64,000 bases of DNA from Alphaproteobacteria bacterium (GCA_963555825.3 CAUVXB020000002.1:3424001-3488000); one strand, 5' to 3'. Positions 32,033-42,813 are shown, counted from the first letter of the stretch. Made by a program: numbers and translations. Notes: a model not told the origin generated them from the letters alone.

Positions 32033-32594
32033 CGTGTCGCTCCTTCTGATCGAGGTTGAAATAATCGAAGGAGCTTGAGGCTGCGTCCTTCAGCCTCATA
32101 GCATCTTGTGGACGATCTCGCCGCGATAGATCCGGTTCTGCAACATTAGATAGAGCGCGCCACGAGCGAGCGGCATGCCGCCGGTCCGGCGGCCGTATTT
32201 GTCGATGCGGATCTTGCTGACGAACCCGTCTCTGTCGAGCGCTTCCTTGAGTGTACGCACCGAGCCCAGTTCGGCATAGCGGCGGTAGATGTGCCGGACC
32301 GTCTCGGCCTCGTGGCGGTTGACCACCAGCTTCCGGTCCGCCGCGTCGTAGCCGAGCGGCGGCAGGCCGCCCATCCACATGCCTTTCTTCTTCGAGGCGG
32401 CGATCTTGTCGCGAATGCGCTCGCCGGTGACCTCGCGCTCGAACTGCGCAAAGGACAGCAGCATGTTGAGCGTGAGGCGCCCCATCGAGGTGGTCGTATT
32501 GAACTGCTGGGTTACCGAGACGAACGACACACCGCGTGCGTCGAACACCTCGACGATCTTGGCGAAGTCGCCCAATGTCCGTGTCAAGCGGTCC

Positions 32595-33903
32595 TGTCCC
32601 TCCTGAAAACCTCGTACCGCACAGAATCCTTGGTCTTTCCGCCGAACGCCGGATACCTTCTCTGGCATGCCAACGATCGCCTTTCTGCTCCTGGCCACTC
32701 TCCGTGACGCTCTCCGCAGCCGCGTAGCGCTTCAGTTGGAAGTCCTTGCGCTACGCCAGCAACTCGCCACGATGAAGCGAATCTCGTCGCGGCCGTCGCT
32801 CCGTTCGGCAGATCGTCTGTTCTGGGTGTTGCTCTCTCGGCTTTGGCCAGCTTGGCGGGCCACGCTGGTGATCGTGAAGCCCGAGACGGTCATCACTTGG
32901 CACCGCAAGGGATTCCGCTTGTTCTGGACCTGGAAGTCGCGGCGGCGGAGAGGAGGGCGGGCACCGGTTCCGCGCGAGGTTCGCGACCTAATTCGACGGA
33001 TGAGCCGGGAGAACCCGCTCTGGGGCGCTCCCCGAATCCACGGCGAACTGGTGAAACTGGGGATCGAGGTGTCGGAGGCCTCGGTGTCCAAGTACATGGT
33101 GCGCCATCCGAAGCCACCCTCGCAAACCTGGCGGACTTTTCTCCGAAACCATGTGGGCTGTCTCGCATCGATCGACTTCTTCGTGGTGCCCACGGCGGCG
33201 TTCAGTCTCTTCTTCGCCTTCGTCGTGCTCCATCATGATCGCCGGCGGATCGTGCATTTCGCTGTGACGGCAAACCCGACCGCGGCGTGGGTGGCACAGC
33301 AGATCCGCGAAGCCTTCCCGTGGGACACGGCACCACGCCACGTGATCCGGGATCGCGACAGCGTGTACGGCGGCGTGTTTCGTGCTCGCATTTTAGCCAT
33401 GGGCATCGAGGAGGTCGTAACCGCCCCACGGTCGCCTTGGCAGAATCCGTTTGCCGAAAGGGTGATCGGGTCCATCAGGCGAGAGTGCTTGGACCACGTG
33501 ATCGTCCTCAACGAGCGGCACCTGCAGCGAATTCGCACGTCATACCTCGCCTCCTTCCATCGCTCTCGTACATACTTGTCGCTGGGAAAGGACGCACCCA
33601 ACGGGCGACCGGTCCAGCCTGCCGGTGCAAGGAAGATCGTCGCGTTCCCGCAGTTCGGCCGACTGAATCACGGTAACGTACGGCGGGCAGCCTGATCCGA
33701 ACCTACCCGGCTGCGGCGAATCAACATCCTTAGTGCGGATACGGTCAATCGTATGTAGGGACTTGAGCAAACCGGCCGCATTCGACGAAATGGCCTTTAC
33801 CCGTTAGGCGCACGCTCATCAACGTTCGATTTATCCCAGGCGGGCGCATCGAGCAGGCGACCCGGTCCGGGTTATGCGCTATATTGGATTTTCAGGAACG
33901 ACA
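32595..33903 (+). mobile_element. IS481/IS3-like element (integrase core)
   Basis: TGT...ACA ends, TIR TGTCCCTCCTGAAAA / TTTTCAGGAACGACA; no exact TSD. Confidence 0.8.
32667..33695 (+). CDS. Integrase-core transposase
   Basis: ENPLWGAPRIHGEL, SIDFF, IRDRD, PWQNPFAERVIGSIRRECLDH. Confidence 0.88.
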   Translation: MPTIAFLLLATLRDALRSRVALQLEVLALRQQLATMKRISSRPSLRSADRLFWVLLSRLWPAWRATLVIVKPETVITWHRKGFRLFWTWKSRRRRGGRAPVPREVRDLIRRMSRENPLWGAPRIHGELVKLGIEVSEASVSKYMVRHPKPPSQTWRTFLRNHVGCLASIDFFVVPTAAFSLFFAFVVLHHDRRRIVHFAVTANPTAAWVAQQIREAFPWDTAPRHVIRDRDSVYGGVFRARILAMGIEEVVTAPRSPWQNPFAERVIGSIRRECLDHVIVLNERHLQRIRTSYLASFHRSRTYLSLGKDAPNGRPVQPAGARKIVAFPQFGRLNHGNVRRAA

Positions 33904-34457
33904 GGTTCATGGTGAGCTGGATATTCCGGTTGCCATGTGATCTTGTTTCAGCATCAAAATCATACGGAATCTCAACAGTTTAATTTACGCTCACCGACCC
34001 TTTCACAGCGCGCCGTGAATAATCCGGGCTAGATCGGGCCGCTGGAGTTAGGCTATCCTTATGAGCCAGTCATTCGGAGCCAATAGACTTTCCGGCCGAT
34101 GCGTTAATCAGGGGAGGATTCGACAATGAGTGAAAACGCTCCGCCAAAATATCCCACGTCGAATGTGCCAATCGACTGGCAGCAGATTGAGCGCTGGGAC
34201 CGGCGCTATTACTTGCACAGCTGGGTGGCCGAGGACGAATATGTTTTCACCGGCGTCGAGAGAACGGACGGCAATTATCTTTATTTGGCAGATGGCACCC
34301 GGCTGCTCGATTTCCGCAGCCAGTTCGTCTCCGACAGCATGGGTCACAGGCACCCGCGTGTACACGAGGAAATAAGACGAGCCATGGAGCGCTACGGCCA
34401 TGTGATGATGGCCTTGGCCACCGATTATCGCGCGCGGGCCGCAAAACTTGTCATCGA

Positions 34458-34585
34458 TGTATCGCACCCGGTTCCTTGGACACAAGTTTGTCTCATGCGG
34501 CGGGCCTGAGTGACATCGCGGTGTATCGCACCCGGTTCCTTGGACACAAGTTTGTCTCATGCGGCGGGCCTGAGTGACATCGCGG
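34458..34585. repeat. 64-bp tandem duplication of the IS end
   Basis: 34458-34521 is repeated at 34522-34585. Confidence 0.9.
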
Positions 34586-34944
34586 TGTGCCACGCCTGAC
34601 GAGCTTGAGCGGGGCTCAGGTAGCCGTTCTTCTCCACGATCCACTGGGCATTGTACTGTTCGACGAACCCGCGGACGGCGTTCCGCAGCTCCGCGATGTT
34701 GCGGTAGATGCGGCCATGGATGATCTGTTCCTTGAGCGTGCGATTGAACCTCTCGGCGACGCCGTTGGTCTGGGGCTGTTCGACGAAGGCGTAGGACGGC
34801 TGGATGCCCCAGAACTTGATCTGGTTTGAGAACGGCAGAGCAATAATCCCCCACTGAAGCGGCCGGTCGATCCGGCTGCGGCGGACCAAAATGGGACCGC
34901 GTATAGCCTTCTGTCAGGGTTGCTCTGACTGGAAGGCGGGGGGG

Positions 34945-36444
34945 ATGTATCGGGTGGAGTTGTACGCACGGGTTCGGCGGGCGTGTCATGTCGAGGGGAT
35001 GAGCACCCGCGAGGCCTCGCGGGTGTTTGGTGTAGACCGCAAGACGGTCCGTAAGATGCTGTCGTTCTCGGTGCCGCCAGGGTATCGCCGAAGCGCGCCG
35101 CCGAGGCGGCCAAAGCTGGGTCCGTTCACGGGAATCATCGATCGGATCTTGGAAGACGATCGGACCAGCCACCGCAAGCAACGGCACACTGCGAAGCGCA
35201 TCTTCGACCGCCTCCGGGACGAGTACGGTTTCACGGGCGGCTACACCATCGTGAAGGACTACGTTCGTGAGCAGGGGCTTCGGTCGCGTGAGGTGTTCGT
35301 GCCACTCTCCCATTCCCCCGGTCACGCCCAGGCGGACTTCGGCGAAGCGATGGCGGTGATCGGCGGCGCGTTACGGAAGATCCACTTCCTTGCCTTCGAC
35401 CTTCCCCACAGTGATGGTTGCTTTGTTGCGGCCTATCCGGCGGAGACGACCGAAGCATTCTGCGATGGCCACAACGCGGCGTTTGCCTTCTTCGGCGGCG
35501 TCCCCCGATCCATCCTGTACGACAACACCAAGCTGGCGGTTGCCCGGATCCTGGGCGATGGGAAGCGGCAGCGAACGCGCGTCTTCACGGAGCTTCAGTC
35601 CCACTATCTGTTCGAGGACAGGTTCGGCCGGCCGGGCAAGGGCAACGACAAGGGCAAGGTCGAGGGACTGGTCGGCTTCATCCGGCGGAACTTCCTGGTC
35701 CCCGTCCCGCGTGCCGAGAGCTTCGCGGCCCTCAACGATGCTCTCGCCGAACAGTGCCGCCGGCGCCAGGCGGCGCGGCTGCGGGGCCACAAGGAGACCA
35801 TCGGCGAGCGTCTCGAGCGGGATCGTCAAGTTCTCTTGCCATTGCCGCCTGCTCCCTATGATGCCTGCGATAAGCGCCCTGGACGGGCGAGTTCGCTGTC
35901 GCTGGTGCGTTACCGCAGCAACGACTATTCCGTGCCCGTGGCCTACGGCCACCGTGAGGTGCTCATCCGGGGCTACGTCGATGAGGTGGTGATCAGCTGC
36001 GGGGCCGAGGTGATCGCCCGGCACCGCCGGTCCTACGACAGCGAGGACCTGATCTTCGACCCGCTGCATTACCTGCCCTTGATCGAGCAGAAGATCGGCG
36101 CCCTCGACCAGGCCGCGCCATTGGCGGGCTGGGACCTGCCCGAGGCCTTCATCACTCTGCGGCGGCTCCTCGAAGCTCGTATGGGCAAGGCAGGCAAGCG
36201 CGAGTACGTCCAGGTGCTCCGTCTACTGGAGACCTTCCGGCTCGAGGAGGTCGAGGGTGCGGTCGGCGACGCCCTGCGGCTCGGCGCAATCGGCTTTGAT
36301 GCGGTGAAGCACCTGGTACTGTGCCGCATCGAGCGGCGGCCGCCCAGGCTCAACCTCGACGTCTATCCGTATCTGCCGCGCGCCCGGGTCGCGATGACGT
36401 CCGCCAAGTCGTACATGAGCCTGCTGTCGGGGCTCGGCGCATGA
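34945..36444 (+). CDS. istA: IS21 transposase
   Basis: PGHAQADFG, ILYDN, GNDKGKVE, YSVP. Confidence 0.93.
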   Translation: MYRVELYARVRRACHVEGMSTREASRVFGVDRKTVRKMLSFSVPPGYRRSAPPRRPKLGPFTGIIDRILEDDRTSHRKQRHTAKRIFDRLRDEYGFTGGYTIVKDYVREQGLRSREVFVPLSHSPGHAQADFGEAMAVIGGALRKIHFLAFDLPHSDGCFVAAYPAETTEAFCDGHNAAFAFFGGVPRSILYDNTKLAVARILGDGKRQRTRVFTELQSHYLFEDRFGRPGKGNDKGKVEGLVGFIRRNFLVPVPRAESFAALNDALAEQCRRRQAARLRGHKETIGERLERDRQVLLPLPPAPYDACDKRPGRASSLSLVRYRSNDYSVPVAYGHREVLIRGYVDEVVISCGAEVIARHRRSYDSEDLIFDPLHYLPLIEQKIGALDQAAPLAGWDLPEAFITLRRLLEARMGKAGKREYVQVLRLLETFRLEEVEGAVGDALRLGAIGFDAVKHLVLCRIERRPPRLNLDVYPYLPRARVAMTSAKSYMSLLSGLGA

Positions 36445-37205
36445 CCGACACACCGCAAGTGCTGCTCGCCCACCACCTCAAGACGCTGAAGCTGCCGACC
36501 TTCCTGCGCGAGTACGACAAGATCGCCCGGCAGTGCGCCTCGGAAGGCGTCGATCACGTCCGCTACCTGTTGAGACTCGCCGAGCTCGAGCTGATCGACC
36601 GCGAGCGCCGCATGGTCGAGCGGCGCATCAAGGCGGCGCGCTTCCCCGTGGTCAAGAGCCTCGACAGCTTCGACTTCAAGGTCATCCCCTCGCTCAACAA
36701 GGCGCTGGTCCTGGAGCTGGCCCGCTGCGAGTACATCGAGCGCCGCGAGAACCTCATCGCGCTCGGCAACAGTGGGACCGGCAAGACCCACATCGCCCTC
36801 GGTCTCGGCCTGGCGGCCTGCCAGAAGGGCCTCTCGGTCGGCTTCATCACCGCCGCCGCGCTGGTCCACGAACTCATCGAGGCCCGCGATGACAAGCAGC
36901 TGCTGAGGTTCCAGAAGAAGCTCGCCACCTACAAGCTTCTGATCGTCGACGAACTCGGCTTCGTGCCGCTGTCGAAGACCGGCGCCGAGCTGTTGTTCGA
37001 GGTGTTCAGCCAACGCTACGAGCGGGGCTCGACCCTGGTCACCACCAATCTGCCCTTCGACGAATGGACCGAGGTGTTCGGCTCCGAGCGCCTCACCGGC
37101 GCGCTCCTCGATCGCCTCACCCACCACGTCAACATCCTCGAGATGAACGGTGACAGCTACAGGCTCAACCAGAGCCGCAGGCGTCAAACCCCGACTGCTA
37201 ACTGA
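36441..37205 (+). CDS. istB: IS21 helper ATPase
   Basis: GNSGTGKTH, LLIVDELGF, TTNLPF, ALLDRLTHH, GDSYR. Confidence 0.95.
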   Translation: MTDTPQVLLAHHLKTLKLPTFLREYDKIARQCASEGVDHVRYLLRLAELELIDRERRMVERRIKAARFPVVKSLDSFDFKVIPSLNKALVLELARCEYIERRENLIALGNSGTGKTHIALGLGLAACQKGLSVGFITAAALVHELIEARDDKQLLRFQKKLATYKLLIVDELGFVPLSKTGAELLFEVFSQRYERGSTLVTTNLPFDEWTEVFGSERLTGALLDRLTHHVNILEMNGDSYRLNQSRRRQTPTAN

Positions 37206-37358
37206 ACCGACCACCCAGCCCACGCTTGACCCCGTGGGCCCACAGGTCCCTCCCGCGCGCGCCGCCGCGTCAGCCTGTTGAGGGCACGCCGCGTCGCGCG
37301 CGGGGCCCTCCCGTGGACTACGGGGACAAGCCCGCAGCCGCCAAGCGGTCCCTTCTTA

Positions 37359-38533
37359 TATCAGTGAGCCTATGAAATCACCTTCATGATCCATGGATAG
37401 GCGCAGAGGGTTCGCATACGATCCGGTTCTGCGATGAGGTCGATCCATGCTTGGCAACAGGCGTCGATGATGGCCTCGGTGTCGTCGAGGACGCGGAGCG
37501 ATAGGAAGCGTTCGCGTAGGTAGAGCCAAACCCGCTCGACGGGGTTGAGTTCGGGACTGTAAGGCGGCAACAGCGCCAAGGTGACGTTGTCGGGGACGGT
37601 GAGGGCGCGCTCGTCGTGCCAACCGGCGCCGTCGCACATCATGACGGCGTGCGCATCCTGGTCCAGGGTATCGGCGAAGTGTGCGAGAAACAGGTCCATG
37701 ACCTTGGCGTTGACGCTCGGCATCACCAGGGTGACGTCGTCGCCGGTGTCCGGGCGCACGGCGGAGAAGATGTAGGCCCACTGGTAGCCGATTTGACGCG
37801 TCCCGGGGGCACGCTCGCCCCTGCGCCACCACCGGTGACACACCCGGCCCTTGTTGCCGACGCGCGCTTCATCCTGAAACCACAGCTGTAGGCGCTTGTC
37901 GGGATGCGCCGCGGCGGTCGCCTTCAGGATGTCGCGAAGCCCCCTTTTTTGAAGCGCTCCTGCGCTTCGGCGTCCCTTCGCGGGTGGCTCGGGCGCGCCT
38001 TCTGGCGGGAAAATCCCATCCGCCGTAGAACCCGGGTCATGCTCGAGGGGTGGTAGGTCTTGGCGAAGCGCTCCTCCAGCCAGCGGCACAGATCGGCCCG
38101 GGTCCAGGCGCAAACCCCGTCGCGCTCAGGCTCCGGCCCGGCGATGATGACCGCCGCCAGCGCCGCTTCCTCGTCTGCCGTCAGCCGCCGCGGCGAGTAG
38201 CCCTTTGGACGGTCGTGAAGCCCCTCCAATCCCTTTGCATTGTAACGAACAACCGCGTCGCGAAGCGTTTGGCGATCCATCCCCGCAAGCCGCGCGGCAT
38301 CAGCCCGGGGCATCTCCTCCAAAGCATTCGCGATCCCATAGGCCCGCGCCGCCGCTCGACCGTACGATTCCACGCGAGCCCAGCGCCGAAGCTCCAAAGG
38401 CGTCAAATCATCCCGTATCTTGAGTGCTGATCCCATGACATCCCCCACATCTGGTGGGAGACCATAGAATCACAATCCGCCATCATCCGCCATCAATGAA
38501 TATCCCGAGAGTCAATTCAGGCGCTCACTGGTA
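37359..38533 (-). mobile_element. IS630-family element (type A), inside the IS21 right end
   Basis: Copy of 16399-17573; flanked by TTA on both sides; ORFs 37924-38448 and 37370-38113. Confidence 0.92.
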
Positions 38534-39237
38534 TTACACCGCCGAGGTGGTCCCTTTTTGCTCCGCCATTGACACCGTAGGCCAAACCCGTGCCGGGAGA
38601 GGTGGCGGCACTCATCGCCGCGACCTCCGCCGCCCCAAAGGGCCGGACGTCTCCGTCTTGGCCTCCAGCAGTTCCACCTGCATGATCAACTCCCCGATCC
38701 GCTTCATGGCGATGTCCAGTTCCGCCTTCACCGGATCGCCCTTGCGTTCCTTGAGCGAGGCATCGATCCCGGCGATCGCCTTCTCACGCCACTGCTCGAG
38801 CCGGAAAATCTCCACGCCCAACTGCCGCGACAAAAGTTCCACCGGCTCGCCACGCAAAAGCCGCAGGGCAACCTCACGCTTGCGCGTCACCGTCCACCGC
38901 TGGCCAAGTCCCAGCGGGCCTGCCGGCGAAACCTGGCCCGGGGAAAACGTGGACGAGCCAAGCTCGCCCTCGTTTACCACAGGCCCATCAACAGCAACTT
39001 TGTTCTCAAAATTGTCGGTCATGTTCCGGTCCTCCTTGGACACTTCGATTAAGCCAATTCTGTGTCCAAGGAAATCGGGTCCGACTCAAAACTTGTCATC
39101 GACGACATCCTGGGCGGTGAAAAAGGTTGGGCCGGGCGCGTGCGGTTCCTTTGCTCGGGAACAGAGGGAGTCGGGTGCGCGATGGACATGGCGCGCTTGT
39201 ATACCCGGCGTCCTATCATCCTTATCCAGGTTCATTC

Positions 39238-40891
39238 GGGTGCGAGTCTCGCATGGCAGTGATGTCTGCGGCTTGGTTCGTTGAGTTCAGGCAGCGATTG
39301 CCATGGCTGCTGCACGTGGACTGATGTTGTCGTTGGCCGGTGTGTCGGTTGCGCTGATCAGGGCCTTCCATGCCCGCTCGAAGCGGCCGGATTTGATCAG
39401 GGCGCGGAAGGTCAGAACAGCCTGTCCGCCGACGATCCGCCAGCGCATGCCGGAGCGCTTCATGCGCTGTGTCACCAGGGTCTTGTTGGCAGCTTCGACC
39501 ACGCCTGAGCCGATGGCGATGCCCTCTTCCTTCAGGGCGTGGTAGCGCATGCGATGGCGATGCTTGCGGAAGAAGGCGAGTTCCCGCTCGGTCTCGGCCC
39601 GGTCCGGCGCAGCGGCGGCATCGCGAAGGTGGCGCAGCGCCCGGATCACCTTGGCGACGCCACGGGGATCGTGACGGAGGATCTCGCGGTACTTCTCGAA
39701 CCAGCCGGGCGCCACGGCATGGTCGGACGCGGTTTGCAGATGTTCGCAAGCATGCCAGAAGTCGATCACCTCGGTTTCGGGCGACAGGGTCTCCAGGAAG
39801 GTCCAGTTGTCGGCGGCGCCATCGGCGATAGCGACGATCCCGATCTCGGGGCGTGCTCGCCTGATGTGTGCGACTTCGCTTGCAAGCTGCGCCTTCAGCG
39901 TGAGCTTGCCGCTCTCCGGCATGCGGCCGAGATAGAGGGTCTTCAGGCGCTTGCCCTCGGCGTCGTGGAAGGAGACCGTGCCGCAGGCAGCCTCGCGCCA
40001 GGAGGCCTTGGCGCGACCGTCCTCGCCGGGTCTCAGCGGCACCATGACGCCGTCGAGGGAGACCGAGGCGGTGGTCGCGTCCTGCGGTATGCCCTCGGCC
40101 TCACGGATGCTGCCCAGCGTCTCCGGGCCGAGGCTCTCCCAGCATTCGTGCATGCTCAGGGTCAGGCGCTGCAGGGTGCTCACCGACGGCGTCATGGCGC
40201 CGGTCTTCGCAAAGAACGCCGCCGCTTCCCGGGCCGTGCAGTGACCCATCATCAGCAGACCGAGCTCGGCCGCCGGCCGCGTCAGGTAATCGTCGACGAG
40301 GCCCAGGCTCTCGTCGACCGGCACCGGCGATGCCCCGCTCGCGCCGCTGCGGTAACGCGCTCGCCGGTAGGTCACCGGACCGAGCGAGGTCATGATCGTC
40401 TTCGGCGTCACCGCGACCCGGAACCAGCTCTGCCCGTCCCGCTCGATCCGGGAAGCGCCATCGTCCCGGTTCTCGATGACGGCGCCCATGACATCGCGAG
40501 CGAACTCGTTCGTGGCCTCACGCACCCGCAACTCGACCTCCTCGGGCGCCTCGGGGCGCGGCTCGGAACGAAGCTCCTCGCGACACAGTGCGAGCACCCG
40601 GGCGGCCGCCTCGACGACCCGAGGAGGCAGGCCGGAAAGATCGATGGACGAAGGCGCCGGAGGCGGGGATACTGCCATGGGAATGCTCCCGATGTTGGGT
40701 TTCGAGACACGGCATCGTACCGCTTCTGGCGGTGCGGAGCGTTCCCACCTTCCCCTGCTCGACCCTGCCGTCGTAACAAAATCCTGCCTTGGAGCGGCCC
40801 ATTGTCACGAATAGCCGATTTCGGCCGTTCGTCTCGACACAAAAAACGCACTAAATCAATGACTTAGATTTTCCATACCAGACCCACACCC
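39238..40891 (-). mobile_element. ISKra4-like element, copy 1 (1654 bp)
   Basis: GGGTG...CACCC ends; 8-bp TSD GTTCATTC. Confidence 0.88.
39287..40678 (-). CDS. ISKra4/UPF0236-type transposase
   Basis: SLDGVMV, IADGAADNW, IDFWHACEHL, IGSGVVEAANK, RMKRSGMRW. Confidence 0.88.
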   Translation of the reverse strand: MAVSPPPAPSSIDLSGLPPRVVEAAARVLALCREELRSEPRPEAPEEVELRVREATNEFARDVMGAVIENRDDGASRIERDGQSWFRVAVTPKTIMTSLGPVTYRRARYRSGASGASPVPVDESLGLVDDYLTRPAAELGLLMMGHCTAREAAAFFAKTGAMTPSVSTLQRLTLSMHECWESLGPETLGSIREAEGIPQDATTASVSLDGVMVPLRPGEDGRAKASWREAACGTVSFHDAEGKRLKTLYLGRMPESGKLTLKAQLASEVAHIRRARPEIGIVAIADGAADNWTFLETLSPETEVIDFWHACEHLQTASDHAVAPGWFEKYREILRHDPRGVAKVIRALRHLRDAAAAPDRAETERELAFFRKHRHRMRYHALKEEGIAIGSGVVEAANKTLVTQRMKRSGMRWRIVGGQAVLTFRALIKSGRFERAWKALISATDTPANDNISPRAAAMAIAA

Positions 40892-41995
40892 GTTCATTCC
40901 TTTCACGGGATGACGGTTGGTGCGACCATGCTCAGAGGCTTCCGCACCAACGTCACTCCTGTGGACAGTCCCGACGAGATTCGCGACGTGCCGGGCTTTA
41001 CCAGCCAGGGCTTTATGCCGATCCCCGCGCCCGAGTTTCACGACTGGGAGGGTGACGGCGCGTTGCCCTCGCTTGCCGCCACGGAGCATTTAATTCAGGC
41101 AGTAGGGCCCCAGAACATTGCGGCCGTCATCACCGAAACGATGTTCGGGGCGGGTGCCTATCTACCGCACGACCGGTATCTGCCCGAGCTGCGCGAGCTC
41201 ACCAAGCGGTACGGAATCCTTTGGATCGACGATGAGGTCCTATGTGGCTTCGGCCGACTCGGAGAATGGTTCAGCTACCAGCTCTATGAAGGGATCGAGC
41301 CTAATCTTATGGTGGTCGGCAAGAGCCTGAACGGATGTGCGTTGCCGATCGGCGGTGTCGTTGCCAGCCGGCCCATTGCCGAGTTCTTCGAACGAGCGCG
41401 CTGGTGGAGCGGTAGCACGAACGAGGCGCATCCGCTCGTTTGCGCGTCGATCGTGGGCAATCTCGAGACCATGATCGAGGAGGAGGTGGTCCCGCGCGTG
41501 ACTCGGCTCGGACGCTACCTCGAGGGAAAGCTTCGGGAGATCCAGAAGCAGCACCCTTGTGTTGGGCGGTTCGGCGGCCGCGGCCTCTACTATGCCGTCG
41601 ACCTTGTTAACGCACAAGGCGAACCGATCGTTCCGGAAGACCGCTTTACAGGCTACCTCGGTGATCTCTCCAATTACCCAAGTTACATTATTTCCGGCGA
41701 ATGCGCCAAACGCGGGGTCTTTCTGGGCGGCGTCCCTCCCAACACCGTCCAGGTCGCGCCGCCCTTCACGATCACCGAGGACGAGATAGACCTCGCTATG
41801 AACGCTTTCGACGAAGCGCTGAACGTGCTCGATCGCCAGATTGGCGCCGTGTGATGCCGAAATCAACGTGGATGGGCGGACGGCTTGCCGTGGTGCGCAA
41901 GATCGCGGCCGTGCTTCGCCGACTCCGGTGCTGATCAGAGCGGCAGCGGGCCGGCGAGACCGTCGCGTTCGCCGAGGCGCATCAAAGGCTTGGTG

Positions 41996-42337
41996 ATGTC
42001 TGCTGAGGTTCGTGCCGAGGTCTCCCTCATCGACCATCACTGTCACGGGGTCGTGCCCATCAGCCTGTCGGCGGCGTCCTTCGAGGGCCTCATGAGCGAG
42101 AGCTTCGCGCGGGCACCCTCGGGGACGAGCCACTGGGACAAGCCCATCGCCCTGGCTATCCGACGCTGGTGCGCGCCGGTGCTCGATTTGTCGCCCTTCT
42201 GCTCACCCCAAGCCTACGTGGAACGGCGTGGCGACCTTGGCGCCGAGGAAGTGAACCGGCGGTTCCTGGGGGCGGCGGGCCTCGAGATGCTGCTGGTCGA
42301 CTCGGGCAACAAACCCTTAAACTGTTCTGATGATTAG
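41996..42337 (+). pseudogene. Amidohydrolase, N-terminal fragment
   Basis: LIDHHCHG, IRRWCAPVLDL, LLVDSG, then a GC drop and stop. Confidence 0.65.
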
Positions 42338-42373
42338 ATCGCCATTCAGGGCGAATTGTTAAAAGGGGGCAAA

Positions 42374-42793
42374 ATGTCAGCATTTGAAACCGCGACCAAG
42401 TTCTTCCACGCCTGCGAATCGCTGGAGGGTTGGGAGGGATGCAGGGACTACGTCGCGGACGGGGCTCCGTTCACCGGGCAATGCGAACCGCTCGCGGACA
42501 TCGCTACCGTCGAGGCCTACTGCGAATGGATGAAGGGCCTCGGAGAAGGTCCCCTCAAGGGCTGCGTTTACGAGATCAACGGCTCGTCTTATGACGAGAC
42601 CAACAAGATGGCCATTTATTACGCCACCATCACGGGGACCCATGTGGGCGATGGTGGACCTGTTCCGCCGACCAACAAGCAAACCAAGACGGATTATGTT
42701 TACGCGCTGACCATGAACGACGAGGGCAAGGTCGCGAAAATGTACAAGGTCTGGAACGCGTCATGGACCCTGAAGGAGCTCGGCTGGATGTAG
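42374..42793 (+). CDS. SnoaL-like / ester cyclase family protein
   Basis: FFHACE, GTHVGDGGPVPPT, KVWN; NTF2-like pattern. Confidence 0.75.
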   Translation: MSAFETATKFFHACESLEGWEGCRDYVADGAPFTGQCEPLADIATVEAYCEWMKGLGEGPLKGCVYEINGSSYDETNKMAIYYATITGTHVGDGGPVPPTNKQTKTDYVYALTMNDEGKVAKMYKVWNASWTLKELGWM

Positions 42794-42813
42794 CCAATTA
42801 GAGGGGGGTCATC

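Larger units (their letters stand above)
30584..32104 (-). mobile_element. IS110-family element, IS1111 type
   Basis: CTT core on both sides (30581-83, 32105-07); subterminal IR ATGAGGC/GCCTCAT; ~315-nt non-coding region downstream of the transposase. Confidence 0.9.
29615..32594 (-). pseudogene. Large serine recombinase of a tRNA-adjacent island, split by IS110 and 5'-truncated
   Basis: DRLTR..SFVSVTQQFNTTTSMGRLTLNMLLSFAQFERE..IYRGEIVHK joins in frame to ETSYPGKHAAII after removing 30584-32107; N-terminus missing. Confidence 0.9.
34827..38574 (+). mobile_element. IS21-family element
   Basis: Ends TGAGAACGGCAGAGC / GCTCCGCCATTGACA; carries istA-istB. Confidence 0.9.
34458..39088 (-). mobile_element. 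IS3/IS481-like element copy 2, carrying a nested IS21 and IS630
   Basis: Same sequence as 14129-15548; 14-bp TSD AAACTTGTCATCGA (34444-57, 39089-102); OrfA intact at 38612-39043, OrfB broken. Confidence 0.9.
34126..41854 (+). pseudogene. Class III PLP aminotransferase split by two independent IS insertions
   Basis: 34126-34457 + 39103-39237 + 40900-41854 give one 473-aa ORF: SFHGMT, DDEVLCGFGRLG, VVGKSLNG. Confidence 0.9.

Noticed and set aside
33960-34035. Possible additional IS end (AATAATCCGGGCTAG)
   Set aside because: No partner end or transposase, so it cannot be supported.
41879-41895. 16-bp match (GACGGCTTGCCGTGGT) to the MITE interior at 61144
   Set aside because: Too short, and without TIRs it cannot be distinguished from chance.
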